DNA from: a bacterium
Lineage (GTDB): Bacteria > Krumholzibacteriota > Krumholzibacteriia > G020349025
Assembly: GCA_031362565.1 (NCBI GenBank)
Contig: JANLSU010000080.1
Coordinates: forward strand, 1-56,093
Length of the DNA: 56,093 nucleotides
Reading direction: 5' to 3'
Shown here: one piece after another, positions 54,450 to 56,093 of the stretch
Position numbering within the stretch: position 1 is the stretch's first letter
How the letters are laid out: each line of letters begins with the position of its first letter
Notes under the pieces: model-generated
The model's database searches: none
Told to the model about the DNA's origin: nothing
The model's input: the letters and a program-made list of their open reading frames with translations, nothing else
Program-made: the position numbers and the translations under genes

Positions 54450-54464
54450 GCACACGCCGTTCCA
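54450..54464 (-). promoter_or_regulatory. Candidate sigma54 -24/-12 promoter
   Basis: TGGAACG-GCGT-GTGC, with exact GG-N10-GC spacing, about 95 bp upstream of the activator start. Confidence 0.5.
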
Positions 54465-54595
54465 ACGCGTGCGGCGGGCGCGCGGCGCACGCCATGACCC
54501 TTGACCGGGCGCCGAACGGAGTGCCGCACCAACGCGTTGCACGGCGGGAATCGAACCTTGGCGGATGGGTTGCGAGGCGGGCAACCAGCGTGGCA

Positions 54596-54612
54596 TGCAC
54601 CAGCGCGGTGCA
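54596..54612. promoter_or_regulatory. NtrC-like enhancer palindrome
   Basis: TGCACC-AGCGC-GGTGCA perfect dyad; a second near-match CGCACC-AACGC-GTTGCA at 54525-54541. Confidence 0.5.
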
Positions 54613-54650
54613 ACCCCATGCACGCGGGCGGCACCTTCGTGGCCGGACGA

Positions 54651-55661
54651 TCAGGAGATGAGATCGACCTGGCGGTTGCCGGTCGTGACGCGGCCGAGCC
54701 GAATGGCATCGGGACAGCGTTCACGAAGCGCGCGGGCGTCGTCGGGCGTGGTGAGAACGACCATACCGATGCCGAGGTTGAACACCCGCGCCATCTCGGC
54801 ATCACTGGCGCCACTTCGCGCCTGGATCAGCCGGAAGATGGGCGGCACGTGCCACGTCTTGCGGTCGATCTCGACCGCGCAACCCTCGGGCAGCACGCGC
54901 GGAATGTTGTCGACGAATCCGCCACCGGTGATGTGCGCCAAGGCATGAAGGCGGTTTTCCTGTACGAGGGGCCACAGCGGTTCGAAGTACGAGCGGTGGA
55001 CGGCGAGCAGCGCATCGAAGAGACTCATCCCCAACTCCGGGTGGATCGCCTCCGGATCGAGGTCGCCCGGCTCGAGAAGCGCCCGGCGCGCGAGCGAGTA
55101 CCCATTGGTATGCAGACCCGAGGACGGCAGCCCCCAAACCTCATCGCCCGGCCGCACCCGTTCGCCCGTCAGCAGTTGATCGCGCCGCGCCACCCCGATG
55201 ATGCAACCGACCAGATCGTAGTCACCGCGCGCATACGTCCCCGGCATCTCGGCCGTCTCGCCGCCCAACAACGCGCAGCCATGCGCCGCACAAGCACGTG
55301 CCATGCCGCGCACCATGCCGAGCACCGCATCGTGCCCGAGTTCCCCGGCACCGACGTAATCGAGAAAGAAGAGCGGCCTGCCGCCCTGCACCAAGATGTC
55401 GTTGACGGAATGCTGGACGAGATCTTCGCCGACGCCTTCCCAGCGCCCGGCCTGCCGCGCGATCGCGAGCTTGGTGCCGACCCCATCCATGCTCGCAACG
55501 AGCACCGCATCGCGCCCGAGTGCGCCGGCATCGAAGAGCCCGCCAAAGCTGCCGATGTCCGACAGCACCGCCGGCCCCCAAGTCGGCCGGGCCAGCCCCG
55601 CAATCCCGCGCACGATGGCATTCGCCCGATCAATATCAACACCCGCCGCCGAGTACTGCAT
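54651..55661 (-). CDS. purM: Phosphoribosylformylglycinamidine cyclo-ligase (AIR synthetase)
   Basis: Y.AAGVDI, DGVGTK, PLFFLDY, GGETAEMPG, SSGLHTNGYSLAR, AHITGGG, FNLGIGM; GGAGG RBS. Confidence 0.97.
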   Translation of the reverse strand: MQYSAAGVDIDRANAIVRGIAGLARPTWGPAVLSDIGSFGGLFDAGALGRDAVLVASMDGVGTKLAIARQAGRWEGVGEDLVQHSVNDILVQGGRPLFFLDYVGAGELGHDAVLGMVRGMARACAAHGCALLGGETAEMPGTYARGDYDLVGCIIGVARRDQLLTGERVRPGDEVWGLPSSGLHTNGYSLARRALLEPGDLDPEAIHPELGMSLFDALLAVHRSYFEPLWPLVQENRLHALAHITGGGFVDNIPRVLPEGCAVEIDRKTWHVPPIFRLIQARSGASDAEMARVFNLGIGMVVLTTPDDARALRERCPDAIRLGRVTTGNRQVDLIS

Positions 55662-55720
55662 CAAAACCTCCGCCCGCAACCTACCCGCGCCCACGCTGCG
55701 CGGTCAACCCAGCGGGGACG

Positions 55721-55873
55721 GGGTCGAGTTGGGGGCGGGGGGAGTTTCGGAGGGGGGCGGCGGACGCTTCATCCGGCGCTCGGCACGCACCCGGCGCGTG
55801 CATCCATGCACGCGCCCTCTCGGGTGCGTGACGCCGCCGCCCCCCTCCGAAACTCCCCCGCCCCCTACGACCC
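55721..55873. repeat. Long nested inverted repeat (REP/MITE-like)
   Basis: Outer arms GGGGGAGTTTCGGAGGGGGGCGGCGG / CCGCCGCCCCCCTCCGAAACTCCCCC; inner arms CACGCACCCG/CGGGTGCGTG and GCGCGTGCAT-cc-ATGCACGCGC. Confidence 0.85.
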
Positions 55874-56093
55874 TCAGCGCAAGGACCACGCGCCAACACG
55901 CTTCATAACGTTTGGAACACACGACGAGCGCCGAAGATCCGCCTGCTTGTTGCATCCCGTAGCGTGGATGAGCTTTCGTTGTCATCGCGAGCAACACGCT
56001 TTTCGCGCCACGCGTGGGGCGGTGCGGGGACGCATGGGGGTGGGCGAGTCGAGAGGAGCCGAAGGCCTGGAGGGCCGAGAGGCGACGAGCGAG

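Noticed and set aside
56051..56093. Purine-rich GAGAGGAGCCGAAGGC... stretch at the window end as another repeat element
   Set aside because: Truncated by the window edge and no second copy is visible.

Overview
GC-rich bacterial chromosomal window, mostly housekeeping genes and almost all on the minus strand. It starts with a complete rRNA operon on the minus strand (16S, tRNA-Ile, tRNA-Ala, 23S, 5S) with two candidate sigma70 promoters, boxA elements and processing stems, then lysA and a class A PBP on the plus strand. A long minus-strand run follows, listed here in transcription order: asd-ecfT-truA-tal/fsa-htrA-purB-purL-purQ-(double-length purS)-purF, rne-rplU-rpmA, a secreted hypothetical, kdsB-pyrG-kdsA-kdsC-kdsD, ECF sigma/anti-sigma, ychF, yhaM (broken by one in-frame TAA), alr, the nucleoside catabolism cluster deoB-cdd-rpiB-deoC-pdp, proline dehydrogenase, a secreted LVIVD/FlgD-Ig protein and a core MetE-like protein. 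The right end holds a HEAT-repeat cyclophilin, an outer-membrane barrel, AlaX, ApgM, a GT-C-like membrane protein, a sigma54 activator and purM. Kdo genes indicate a diderm. The 16S signature and the NPFNP/FlgD-Ig C-terminal domain suggest, by inference only, a Latescibacterota/Krumholzibacteriota-like lineage. The best candidate for a new system is a DeoC with an encapsulation-peptide-like helix and Cys-rich extension, next to an RpiB lacking the catalytic Cys, inside a nucleoside degradation operon with no shell genes: a possible satellite locus feeding a sugar-phosphate (SPU-type) bacterial microcompartment. Also notable are a highly structured ~600 nt rne leader, a tandem PurS, a transaldolase-family protein lacking both acid/base signature residues, a sigma54 promoter with NtrC-like palindromes, and a 153 bp nested inverted repeat before purM. 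No CRISPR array, transposase or prophage was seen. All calls come from reading motifs by eye; start codons and RNA ends are approximate.
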